DNA of 49,864 bases from Solirubrobacterales bacterium (GCA_035549645.1 DASZQM010000209.1:1-49864), one strand, 5' to 3'. Positions 27,457 to 36,171 are shown, counted from the first letter of the stretch. Program-made: numbers and translations. Notes: a model not told the origin generated them from the sequence alone.

Positions 27457-27786
27457 TCAGGAGCTCGAGTAATGCGAAGAGTGCGAGGCATGAGAGGTGT
27501 GCGAGTAGTGCCCACCTCCACTGGAGGAGTAGTGCGAGTGATGGGAGTGGTGGGAATGGTGACTGTGATGGGAGTGGTGACGGGCACTTGCGGGGACTGC
27601 ATCGTCGTTTGGCAGGGCGAGGAGGGGAGCCTCGGCCGCTCCGGCGATGGGGCCGGCACTTCGAGTGATCGCCGCCTGCGCACGCCCGATGCTGAGGCCT
27701 GTATCAGCGGCTGTGGCGGTTGCGCCCTGGGGGAAGATCGCCGCCAGCGCTACTCCAAGCGGTACCAGTACCGGTCTCCGTTTCAT
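27457..27786 (-). CDS. hxsA: His-Xaa-Ser repeat precursor protein HxsA (signal peptide plus C-terminal HxS repeats)
   Basis: Signal peptide MKRRPVLVPLGVALAAIFPQGATATA. C-terminus HHSHHSHHSHHSHHSHYSSSGGGHYSHTSHASHSSHYSSS. Confidence 0.85.
   Translation of the reverse strand: MKRRPVLVPLGVALAAIFPQGATATAADTGLSIGRAQAAITRSAGPIAGAAEAPLLALPNDDAVPASARHHSHHSHHSHHSHHSHYSSSGGGHYSHTSHASHSSHYSSS
27460..27579 (-). repeat. Coding trinucleotide-period repeat encoding 11 His-Xaa-Ser triplets
   Basis: Read from the translation: HHS x5, HYS, an SSGGG spacer, then HYS HTS HAS HSS HYS. Confidence 0.85.
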
Positions 27787-27910
27787 CCAGCGGCGACCTT
27801 ATCCGTACCAATTGAGATATGTCAAGCACTGAAAGCTTTTCGTTCAGACGAGAGGCCGGAAATGCCGCCACCGCGGCAAGTCGTGGCGCGTTCAGTAAGA
27901 CTCCGCGCGG

Positions 27911-28198
27911 GTGTATCCGCGGTCGGCAAATCTCATCGCGTCCCGCTGGGCCCTCTCGGTCTTCGCGGTCGCCTCCTTCGTCGCTCTCCTCGCGGCGTCG
28001 ACGGCCCGGGCGGAAACGAGCGCCGACAGTGGCGTTCCGCCCGTGTGCGCCTCGCCTGACTACGACTACTGGGTGTCGCACGTCGGCGACTACGACGAAA
28101 GCATCGAAGGCAGCAGCAAAAGCGACATTCGCCTCCACGTCGACTACGAGACCGGGGTCGGCGCCTCGCTCGGCTGCGCCTTCCAGTCGCGGCAGTAA
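27911..28198 (+). CDS. Small secreted Cys-containing protein. It may be the N-terminal part of one larger gene interrupted by an in-frame TAA.
   Basis: Signal peptide (ALSVFAVASFVALLAASTARA). Same reading frame as 28208..28981, separated only by TAA (28196-28198) plus three codons. Confidence 0.5.
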   Translation: MYPRSANLIASRWALSVFAVASFVALLAASTARAETSADSGVPPVCASPDYDYWVSHVGDYDESIEGSSKSDIRLHVDYETGVGASLGCAFQSRQ

Positions 28199-28207
28199 GG
28201 GCATCAG

Positions 28208-28981
28208 GTGTGCACGGGGCCCGGTGGCGGGCCGCCATGCACGACCGCTTACGAGTACGTGCCGCACATCCCGGTGACGGCCTTTCCGGACACGATCGAC
28301 GCCGCCGGCGGCGATCACCAGAACGTCCACGTCAACGCTCCGGGGACGACCCTTGGATACGAAGAAAGCGGCGGCAGGGTGGGCTGGGGCTCGTGCTTCC
28401 CGGGCGTGACCTACGACCCCGGCTTCTGCAACCCGGCGCTGTTCAAGTTCGAAACGGGCGGGTTCCCCGTGGCCGGCGGCCAGATGCTCTATCGCTTTCG
28501 CGACGAGACCGGCCACTTCAGCGGCAGGTGGACGCTCTCCTACGGAACGCTGTCGCCGGGCTTCCGGCTGGAGCACACAGGCATGGCCCCGTGCGATCGC
28601 CTCGTCTCCTCCTGCGACTACGACGTGATCTTCAACCGCGACCCCCTCAACAAGCCGGCGGTCGGTCGCGACGCGCAAGTGCTGCTGCTCCTGCCCTCCG
28701 TCCACGCCGGCGTCTATCCGGAAGACGCCAGCCCTCCCGCAGCGGTCCCGCTGCTCGTCATCCAGTCGGCAGGCGGCGACGCCAGTGGCAACAACGGCAG
28801 CCCCGAAAGCGGCCCGGGCTCACTCACCGGAGCCATCGTCCCGCCGGTCACTGCCAGCCCTAAACCGCGCAAGCCCATCACTTGCAAGAAGGGCTTCAAG
28901 AAGACGAAGGTCAAAGGCAAGAGCAAGTGCGTGAAGGCGAAAAAGCGCCACAACAAAGGCGGGAAGAAAGCGCACCAATGA
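28208..28981 (+). CDS. Cys-rich protein with an extremely Lys-rich C-terminal tail. It has no signal peptide of its own.
   Basis: GTG start with an AGGG 6 nt upstream. Paired Cys residues throughout. Tail: KPRKPITCKKGFKKTKVKGKSKCVKAKKRHNKGGKKAHQ. Confidence 0.5.
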   Translation: MCTGPGGGPPCTTAYEYVPHIPVTAFPDTIDAAGGDHQNVHVNAPGTTLGYEESGGRVGWGSCFPGVTYDPGFCNPALFKFETGGFPVAGGQMLYRFRDETGHFSGRWTLSYGTLSPGFRLEHTGMAPCDRLVSSCDYDVIFNRDPLNKPAVGRDAQVLLLLPSVHAGVYPEDASPPAAVPLLVIQSAGGDASGNNGSPESGPGSLTGAIVPPVTASPKPRKPITCKKGFKKTKVKGKSKCVKAKKRHNKGGKKAHQ

Positions 28982-29025
28982 GCGGCGAGCCGCCCCGGCC
29001 GCCCTCGCGGCAAACTGCCTTCTAG

Positions 29026-29067
29026 TGGAGCTAGGCGGATTCGAACCGCCGACCTCCTGGGTGCGAT
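29026..29067 (-). repeat. attL-type partial tRNA-Ala copy (3' 42 nt, anticodon loop to discriminator)
   Basis: 42/42 nt identical to 43724-43765, checked base by base. Identity stops on both sides. Confidence 0.9.
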
Positions 29068-29289
29068 GACTCGGCTCTGGCCGGGGATTCGGCGTTAGAA
29101 GGTGCTGATTAGCAGGGGATTCGCGTACGCGGCCCAGAGTCGCCGTCGGCGCGGATATGCACGGATTAGCGGGCATTGTCGGCGTTTCGGGCACTCCTGG
29201 CGCCGAGTGCCTCGGGATATTGCTGCCTTGTCGCTCGTGGCAATACGTTGCTGAGAAGCGCCGGGCGGAAGGCACGGTAGCTTTCCGGC

Positions 29290-30186
29290 GTGGCGAGCGT
29301 CTCCGAGCTGCTCTCGATCTTCGAATCGACTGAAGACCTTGAGAAGGCCGAGGACGCGCTCGGCCAGATCGCTGCGCTGGAGCGGCCAGCGGACCTCGAG
29401 CTCGGCGAGTGCTACGACGGACTCGCCGAGGTCGCGGCTGACGCGGGGGATCTCGAGCTTGCTGTCCGGGCGCAGCGACGCGCGCTCGAGTATGGCTGCC
29501 GGGAACCCAATCTGGCTAGGCAAATGCTTGGCTGGTACCTGCTCGAAGCCGGCGATCGCGAGGAGGGCGAGGCAGTTTTCGCCGCCGCCCGGGCCGAACG
29601 CCCCGACGATCCGTGGCTCCTCTCCGCGCTCGGTGCTGCGAGGAGGGGTTCCGGTGACGACCTGGGTGCCCTGAGCGCCCTCGACGAGGCGCTCGAGCTT
29701 GCGAAGGCCGGGAGCGATTCCGCCCTGACCCGACGGCTCAGGGCGGAACGCCTGGAATGCAGGGAGGACCAGAACCTGCCACCGGACGAGGACGACCGAC
29801 TCGCGGTGTCCGCCGAACCCGCCTTTCCGGACGCTGCCACCTACGCGGTGGCCTGGTACCCGCGCAACCAGATCGCAGCCGCCCTGGAGCGCTGGCCCTC
29901 GCTCGCCGGGGATCTGGAGGATCCGGACGCCTACTGCAGGATCATCGAGGCTCGCCTGCGCGAGGTGCGGAGTGCGACCGGCCAGGTGCCGTCGGTGGCG
30001 CCGCTCGAAGTCGATGCCTTGGTTCAGTTCGCCTCTGAGCACGGGTTGGATCCCGATTCCGGTTCCGCCAGGAGCCGTTTCGCGGCCGTTCTGGGCAGCC
30101 GCGGGGAGACCGTGCCCTGGCCACCCGGCAGGAACGAGCCGTGCTGGTGCGGCTCAGGACGCAAGTACAAGCGCTGCTGCGGCTGA
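29290..30186 (+). CDS. SEC-C motif protein with a TPR-like N-terminal region
   Basis: The C-terminus PGRNEPCWCGSGRKYKRCCG is the canonical SEC-C metal-binding motif. Confidence 0.75.
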   Translation: MASVSELLSIFESTEDLEKAEDALGQIAALERPADLELGECYDGLAEVAADAGDLELAVRAQRRALEYGCREPNLARQMLGWYLLEAGDREEGEAVFAAARAERPDDPWLLSALGAARRGSGDDLGALSALDEALELAKAGSDSALTRRLRAERLECREDQNLPPDEDDRLAVSAEPAFPDAATYAVAWYPRNQIAAALERWPSLAGDLEDPDAYCRIIEARLREVRSATGQVPSVAPLEVDALVQFASEHGLDPDSGSARSRFAAVLGSRGETVPWPPGRNEPCWCGSGRKYKRCCG

Positions 30187-30260
30187 ATAAGAGAGGCGGG
30201 GCTTGGCGGTACTAACCGGCCGGCTCGGCGCGCGTCGGGGCGGCTTGAACTTCGACTGAC

Positions 30261-30836
30261 TCAACCTCGCCTTCCGCGACCCCGAGCAATCCCCGACTCG
30301 CGGCGAAGCGCGCTCGCCTGGCGCTTGGTCAAGCGATCGCCCTCCTCGCCTTGGTCGATCGCCTGTCCGACGAGCGCCGTCCCCAGGTGCGTCTTGTGCG
30401 CCTGGCGGATCGCATGCACCGGAGTGACGATCGCGATTCCCTCGTGCTGGGTGATCTGAGCTGCTCCCAAATCCTCGTGGTGCAGCATGTAGGCCAATGG
30501 CACGCTGCGCCGGACGCGGTGGCTGCGGGGGAGGGTGATGTGAATCTTCGCCGGGTGGACATCGCTCAGCTCATAGAGCTCCAGCGCCGTCTCGTGGGAG
30601 AGGACGCCGTGCGCCCCACGCGGCCAGAGCGTCGCCTCCATGTAAGGGTCAAGACGGCTCGCCGGTGTAAGGGGGAGGCGGTACAGACCCGTCCCGCGGC
30701 GCTCGATCTGCCCTCGCTCGGCCATGCGCACGAGGGCCATCGGGCTGATGCCCAACTCCCGCGCGTCGTCTGGCGTCACGAAGCCATACCGCTCATTGGC
30801 GACCTCGGCCAGCTGCGTGTAGGCACGTCCGGGCAT
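30261..30836 (-). CDS. AbiEi-like (type IV TA antitoxin family) transcriptional regulator
   Basis: N-terminal GFVTPDDARELGISPMALVRMAERGQIERRGTGLYRL is the AbiEi_4-type wHTH pattern. Confidence 0.7.
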   Translation of the reverse strand: MPGRAYTQLAEVANERYGFVTPDDARELGISPMALVRMAERGQIERRGTGLYRLPLTPASRLDPYMEATLWPRGAHGVLSHETALELYELSDVHPAKIHITLPRSHRVRRSVPLAYMLHHEDLGAAQITQHEGIAIVTPVHAIRQAHKTHLGTALVGQAIDQGEEGDRLTKRQASALRRESGIARGRGRRG

Positions 30837-30966
30837 GTGGACAAATTAGCACAAAATATGCTAATTCATCCCGAAACGTCTTGGTTGCGCTGTCGCGCGA
30901 AACTAAAGCCATGCTTGATCTACCTCTGACGCGGCTGTCTCAGGTCCGCGAAACCAAAGCTATACT

Positions 30967-31564
30967 TTGGCTATGCATGACCGACCCGACATGCGGGGAC
31001 TTGAGGCGACCGCCTACTCCCAGCACGGCTACTTCACCACGAGCCAGGCCCGTGAGCGTGGACTCAGCAGCCAGCTTCTGAGTCACTACGTGCGCGGGAA
31101 CCGGTTCGAGCGGGTGCGGCGCGGGCTCTATCGCCTACCCGGCTTTCCTCGCCCGGAAGACGACGAGATGCGGGAGAAGTGGATGGCGGTTGGCGCCGAG
31201 AAGGCCGTTCTCTCGCACCAAAGCGCGCTCGCCCTGCTCGATCTCAGCGACAACATTCCCAATGCGGTCCACCTGCTCCTCGGACGTAGATACCGCGGCC
31301 TGCGCCGTCCGGCCGGCGTCGTCATCCACACCCGCCCCGACGAGGAAGAGGTCAACACTGTCTGGCGCGAAGGGCTCCGCCTAACCTCACCGGCGCGAAC
31401 GCTCGTCGACGTAGCCGGGGAAATTCAGCCCGAGCAACTGGAGATGGCCGTGCGGGCAGGCACTCGGTCGCGGGCTGCTCACGGCGCGGGAACTCGAAGC
31501 CGAGGCACGACGGCGCGGTCGCCACGACGCACTGAGCGGTGTCCTCGCGGCGGTGACATCGTGA
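30967..31564 (+). pseudogene. AbiEi-like paralogue with a probable +1 frameshift near 31453-31457
   Basis: The N-terminal GYFTTSQARERGLSSQLLSHYVRGNRFERVRRGLYRLPGFP is AbiEi-like. After ~31455 the track frame turns into Arg/Ser/Thr-rich junk. The +1 frame instead reads QALGRGLLTARELEAEARRRGRHDALSGVLAAVTS and stops at 31562-31564. Confidence 0.6.
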
Positions 31565-31635
31565 GATACGAGAGCGCTGCCGCGTTTCGCAGGAGCATGA
31601 GCTCAGCGCCTTAGGTAGGGGTAGGATTCCGCCTA

Positions 31636-32217
31636 ATGGGACTGTTTGGTACACGGGATTCACGGCAAGCCGCCGAAACTTCGGCAGAACCAAAGCCGAT
31701 CAGTCCAGACGAGGTTCAGCTTGACGTGCTGCGCGATGTCGTTATGAGTCTTTGCTCGGCCATCGGAACGAGCAACCCACAGATCGACGCAGCCATCGCT
31801 CATCTGCGTACAGCATGTGGAATGGTCGACCCCGACAAGGCCATGGCGACGATGGGCGCCTACGACGCAGACCCAGGATACTTCGACCGCCCGGGACGCT
31901 GGCTGGCTGTTGGTGCGGCAAAGGCCAACGCGAGTGACCAGCCGGATCTCGCAGTTCTGGCATATGCGTGGATCTTTATGTGGACAACAAGCATGGAGCC
32001 CAAGTTGTCGGGCAGTAACCTGATTGTTCTAGGTCTGAATCGGACACCTAGAGATGCCGTGGAGGCATTGATCGCACAAGCAGAGATTGCCCTGCCACGG
32101 ATAGATCCCGATCAGGTGCTCGTGACAACTGGTACGCCTGAAGAGCTAACGGGTCGAATGATCGGAGCGGCACTGGAGCAGCACAAGGTTTCCCTTCAGG
32201 GCACGCCGAGCGCCTAG
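31636..32217 (+). CDS. Hypothetical protein
   Basis: Protein-like composition with lower G+C codon usage than the core genome. No family recognised. Confidence 0.5.
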   Translation: MGLFGTRDSRQAAETSAEPKPISPDEVQLDVLRDVVMSLCSAIGTSNPQIDAAIAHLRTACGMVDPDKAMATMGAYDADPGYFDRPGRWLAVGAAKANASDQPDLAVLAYAWIFMWTTSMEPKLSGSNLIVLGLNRTPRDAVEALIAQAEIALPRIDPDQVLVTTGTPEELTGRMIGAALEQHKVSLQGTPSA

Positions 32218-32302
32218 GACCCCCGAGCACAAGCCAGCCGCGATTTGAGCGTGATCAATCGCGACTCACCGCATCCCCCGGCGAACGGGGTACGGTTCGG
32301 GC

Positions 32303-33241
32303 GTGCGTTACCGTCTCTCACTGCCGGAAAGCAATGGCGCCGAGGCAGTGCGTGGCTTCATCGACGATTGGATCGAGCAGCCAGCCCTGCGGCGGATCGT
32401 AGAGGCCGAGGGTGGGCAATGGCCATTAGGCTCACTTGAGCAGAGGGTCGATGCGCTACATGACTTCAGCGCTCGCTGGGACTTCCGTGGCGGCGTCGAG
32501 CGATTGGAGATCAACCCTTCCTCTAGTCAGGACCGCGACGAGAACCTGCTCACGGACGCGGCCGAGTTGGGAATGACGGCTGCCGATCGTCCGACTGACG
32601 ACCGATATGACCACGCGCTTGTCCTTGGGGGTACCGCCTTGGCCAGCGTCTACCGTCTGCGGCGGCTTTACGAACTGCGAGAGGACGGACTCGACATAGG
32701 CCGGACGGCAGTGCTGACCGCCCTGCGTGAAATCGGCGAGCCAGAGCTGCGGATCGTTCGCGAACGCCCCGAGATCGCAGCGGTCGTTGACCGTTCGCCG
32801 CGCACGGAGTTCGAAGTGATGACGCATTCGGTTGAGTTGTTCAGCGGATCTAGTTCTGAGGTGGAGCGCACGCCGAACGAAAACCCCCACCTGGCGTCGG
32901 CGATGGCGCGGCTCGGCGACGTGCTCGTGCTCGCCGCACCGTCAGCCGATCCTGGTCGCCGCGCGAATAGCCGTGATAACTACGACGCTTACATTGGCCA
33001 GATTGGCCCAGTGGATTCGGTTCTTGTCGTGACCAGCAGCATCTATCTGCCGTATCAGTTTTTCGTGGCCTTGCAAGCCCTTGGTTGGGAGCAGCCTCGC
33101 ACCATCGAGGCTGTCGGTTTCCCGCCCGAATGGATGCAAGGAATCCTTACTGGCCCTCAGAACATCCTTCAGGAGATCCGCAGCGCCCTTTTCGGAGCGC
33201 GCAACACACTGCAAGTACTGGCGGCCTCCGAGCCCAGGTAG
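32303..33241 (+). CDS. Hypothetical protein
   Basis: Protein-like composition over 312 aa. No family recognised with confidence. Confidence 0.5.
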   Translation: MRYRLSLPESNGAEAVRGFIDDWIEQPALRRIVEAEGGQWPLGSLEQRVDALHDFSARWDFRGGVERLEINPSSSQDRDENLLTDAAELGMTAADRPTDDRYDHALVLGGTALASVYRLRRLYELREDGLDIGRTAVLTALREIGEPELRIVRERPEIAAVVDRSPRTEFEVMTHSVELFSGSSSEVERTPNENPHLASAMARLGDVLVLAAPSADPGRRANSRDNYDAYIGQIGPVDSVLVVTSSIYLPYQFFVALQALGWEQPRTIEAVGFPPEWMQGILTGPQNILQEIRSALFGARNTLQVLAASEPR

Positions 33242-33243
33242 GT

Positions 33244-33960
33244 CTACCGACGCAAGCGGCGCTCGGCACCCCGTACCTTTCGCCGCAGCTTCCACTCGCC
33301 GTACCGTGCTCTCAACCCTATCGAGTTCGGCTCGTTCGCGAAACCGCCGTGCGTGCTTACCCCACTTCCGTCGGTGTGCAAGAGCACAAGGCGAGCCTCA
33401 CCATCTCTTCGAGCTGCCGGGCGCTTGAGGGAGAGCTCGCGCCCCCGGTGCTTCGGATGGTGCAGATGGTAGGAGATGCTGGCGTTGTAGAGGTCGACGA
33501 GACGGTAGCCAAAGCGGGCCTGCGGGCGCCCCTTTACCGGAGCATTTTCCCGCTCGAGGTATGGCAACAGAAGCGTTCCTACCCTGACGAAAATAGTGTG
33601 GTACTGCTGTAGCGCGCTGCGCAGTGCCAAGCCGTCAACGACGTATTGCGCTACGTCGTTCATTGCGCCGACCACGACCCTCGCATCGCGCTTTTGCTCG
33701 GCGCTCAGTTCGTCGAGCTCCTTCCACGTATCGAAATCGTCGTGTCCCGCCTGGGGTGCCAGCTGTTCCACCACGGATACGTGAATGGGAAAGCTCATCT
33801 GCAATCGGCTTCGTGCCTCCTGGGAGCGCACAAACGCCGCCTGAAATTGGATCGTCGCCTGCGCACGGGAGGCAGCGGTAGCAGCGCGCAGCTGCAAAAT
33901 GACGAATCCCACCCCGATCGCCGCGATCACGGCACTTGCGATCCCCATCCAGTCAGCCAT
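33244..33960 (-). CDS. Hypothetical membrane-anchored protein (one N-terminal TM helix)
   Basis: WMGIASAVIAAIGVGFVILQL looks like a TM helix, followed by a soluble domain. It lies 9 nt downstream of the SIR2-TPR gene on the same strand. Confidence 0.55.
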   Translation of the reverse strand: MADWMGIASAVIAAIGVGFVILQLRAATAASRAQATIQFQAAFVRSQEARSRLQMSFPIHVSVVEQLAPQAGHDDFDTWKELDELSAEQKRDARVVVGAMNDVAQYVVDGLALRSALQQYHTIFVRVGTLLLPYLERENAPVKGRPQARFGYRLVDLYNASISYHLHHPKHRGRELSLKRPAARRDGEARLVLLHTDGSGVSTHGGFANEPNSIGLRARYGEWKLRRKVRGAERRLRR

Positions 33961-33969
33961 CCTCGGAGC

Positions 33970-36093
33970 TCACGTCGTCATCATCCATAGAACGCGGGGC
34001 TCACCGAGCCCGGCTGGCGGATATTGGCTGTTGTTGCGGAGTTCGGATGGCAGTGCGGTCCAGGCCGGGATTGCATGTGCATCGCCGCTCAGGCCCAGGC
34101 CAATAGCGGCCTGAGCGCCAAGCCAGTGCGCCCCCCTTTCCGCAGCGAGGCGAGCGAGCTCCGCGAAACGATCACTTGCGCCAGCATTGCCGCGGAGACG
34201 ATCAAGCTCTGCGAGGCCGAGGTCGGCCCACGCGCTGGCGACCGGGCACGACGGGTTGTCGGCGACGCGACGCAGAAGCCGCTCGGCGTCATCGTGTTCG
34301 TTGCGCGCGAGGTAGACATCGGCGAGCACGAGCGCACGGTCGTCGAAGTAGCGCCCACCGAGCTCCTCCGCGTCTGAGAGATCTACGCTTGGGGAGGCTT
34401 CCTGACCGATCGCGAGCCTCACGCGGTCAGCAAGTACTCGGCCCGTGACCACGTCGGCGATCGGACCTGGCCGGCCCTCCTGCTCGAACCTGCGCATAGC
34501 GCTGTCCAATGCGTCGCGAGCGGCGTCCGGATTACGTTCGTAGCAGAGAGCGATGCCATCGAGCCAGAACCCCCAGGCCCGCCAGCGCGGTATCGCATAC
34601 CGTCCGGTTCGCTGACGGAGCTCGAACGCGTAACGGCGAGCGTCACCGAACCTCCCCTGGTAGATAGACGAACAGCCCTGATCGAGTACGGCACCTGCGT
34701 GGCGCTCGGGATCGCCGGCTGCCGAGAGTCCGGCCTCGGCAGCGTCTGCGGCCCGACGCGCTTCATCAATGCATAGCTTGTAGCGATGGCCATAGGCGAG
34801 GTAGTAGTAGTCCGTCGGTGCACCTCGGTGCTCTACTGCCCAGCGGGCGAATTCCTCCACACGGTCCCAGTTGCGTTGCTGCAGCCTCAACGCCAGCGCG
34901 CCCGTGATCAGGTAGTCACGCGCGGCTCGTGGCCGGAGGCCGTTGAGAACGCTGCGGTGGTCGGCGAGCCCTTCAACGAGCTCGGCGATGTGTCCATCGC
35001 CATAGAGGCTTCGGTTCATTGCCCAGCGGATGTGTGCTGGTAGAGAACGCACGCGCAGGTGAGCCGCGTCAGCCCGTCGCGCCGTTCTCAGGGCTGACTC
35101 ATCGGCTTGCCACTCGCCGAAGCGCTCGACCAGGCGCGCGTGAACGATCGCGGGTGGCGTTGGAATTGGCAGACGAACGTCCAGCGGAGGTCGATCGCCT
35201 TCCAGCATTTCGTCCGCGAGGCCGGGGTCGGGTGCGACCCCGGCGTCGGCGGCGAGCGTAAGGAATGCCTTCGCCGTCACTTGCCGCGGGTCCTCTGGGT
35301 CCTCAGTTCGCGGGGGAGGTACGAACGTGATCGTCGATTGAGGGAACGCTCTTTCGATTTCGCGCCGCACATCGCAGTACGGCTCGAACCAGAGGATCTG
35401 CTTCGCCGCGGCAAAGGTCTCCTCAAGGAGGCGGTAGAGGTCGGCATCAGCGCCGCGATATCCGAAGACGACCACGATTGCGCCTGCCGTGATGCTCACG
35501 AGATGGCGGATCGCATCGTTCGTGATGGGCGCCAGCAGCTCCGCGTCCGTGAATGCGAGCGTGCGCGGGTCCTCTGCGGTCCCGTGAAACTTCACGAGGC
35601 TCGCCGGTCTCGCGGAACTCAAGGGGGGGAGCACGCTTGGGCCGATGCGCCGAGCACTTCGAGACGGCACAGCTCGACCCGCACGTCGCGGCGGCTCGCC
35701 GCTCGCCGCCTCTACGCCGAGGTCGACGTTCGTCGTCCACACGGTGCCGCCGCACGCGAGAACGCGCGCCGCGACGTCGTGCACAGCGTTCGCCTCCGAG
35801 CGGCCGAGCGCAGCAGCCACCTGATCTGCAAAGGCGACGCCGAAGCGGCGCAGCGTGCCGAAGAGCACCTCAGCAGGAATCTCGGGCTCGGCAAAGCTGG
35901 GGTAACCCGACCGGCACCACCGGCCGTCGACTGGCTGCCAGCCGATGCTCCTGAGGATCCCCGCAAAGAGCTCGCTGAAGTTAGGAAGTCGGCTCGGCGG
36001 AGCCATCGACGCACCAGCGCCGAGAAAAAGCAGCCAGCGCGACGCTGGAGCGGACGCTAGCCGATCGTCGTGCGTGTTCACGATCAGCCCCAT
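33970..36093 (-). CDS. SIR2-like (SIR2_2 type) NAD-utilising domain fused to C-terminal TPR-like repeats
   Basis: Motifs LLFLGAGASMAPPSRLPNFSEL (GAGxS), VWTTNVDLG (TNxD) and LVKFHGT (catalytic His). The C-terminal ~400 aa are helical repeats rich in A/L/R with TPR-like periodicity. Confidence 0.75.
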   Translation of the reverse strand: MGLIVNTHDDRLASAPASRWLLFLGAGASMAPPSRLPNFSELFAGILRSIGWQPVDGRWCRSGYPSFAEPEIPAEVLFGTLRRFGVAFADQVAAALGRSEANAVHDVAARVLACGGTVWTTNVDLGVEAASGEPPRRAGRAVPSRSARRIGPSVLPPLSSARPASLVKFHGTAEDPRTLAFTDAELLAPITNDAIRHLVSITAGAIVVVFGYRGADADLYRLLEETFAAAKQILWFEPYCDVRREIERAFPQSTITFVPPPRTEDPEDPRQVTAKAFLTLAADAGVAPDPGLADEMLEGDRPPLDVRLPIPTPPAIVHARLVERFGEWQADESALRTARRADAAHLRVRSLPAHIRWAMNRSLYGDGHIAELVEGLADHRSVLNGLRPRAARDYLITGALALRLQQRNWDRVEEFARWAVEHRGAPTDYYYLAYGHRYKLCIDEARRAADAAEAGLSAAGDPERHAGAVLDQGCSSIYQGRFGDARRYAFELRQRTGRYAIPRWRAWGFWLDGIALCYERNPDAARDALDSAMRRFEQEGRPGPIADVVTGRVLADRVRLAIGQEASPSVDLSDAEELGGRYFDDRALVLADVYLARNEHDDAERLLRRVADNPSCPVASAWADLGLAELDRLRGNAGASDRFAELARLAAERGAHWLGAQAAIGLGLSGDAHAIPAWTALPSELRNNSQYPPAGLGEPRVLWMMTT

Positions 36094-36171
36094 CGTAAAG
36101 AGACGGCCATACTCGTGAGCGGCCTTGGTGGCCCCCAGAGAGCGCCGAGCCTCGACATCGAGTGGCCGGGC

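Noticed and set aside
27460-27600. Short-period DNA repeat that could be mistaken for a CRISPR-like or VNTR array.
   Set aside because: The period is 9 nt or less with no spacers. It lies inside a signal-peptide ORF and encodes the His-Xaa-Ser repeats of HxsA. No CRISPR repeats or cas genes occur anywhere in the window.
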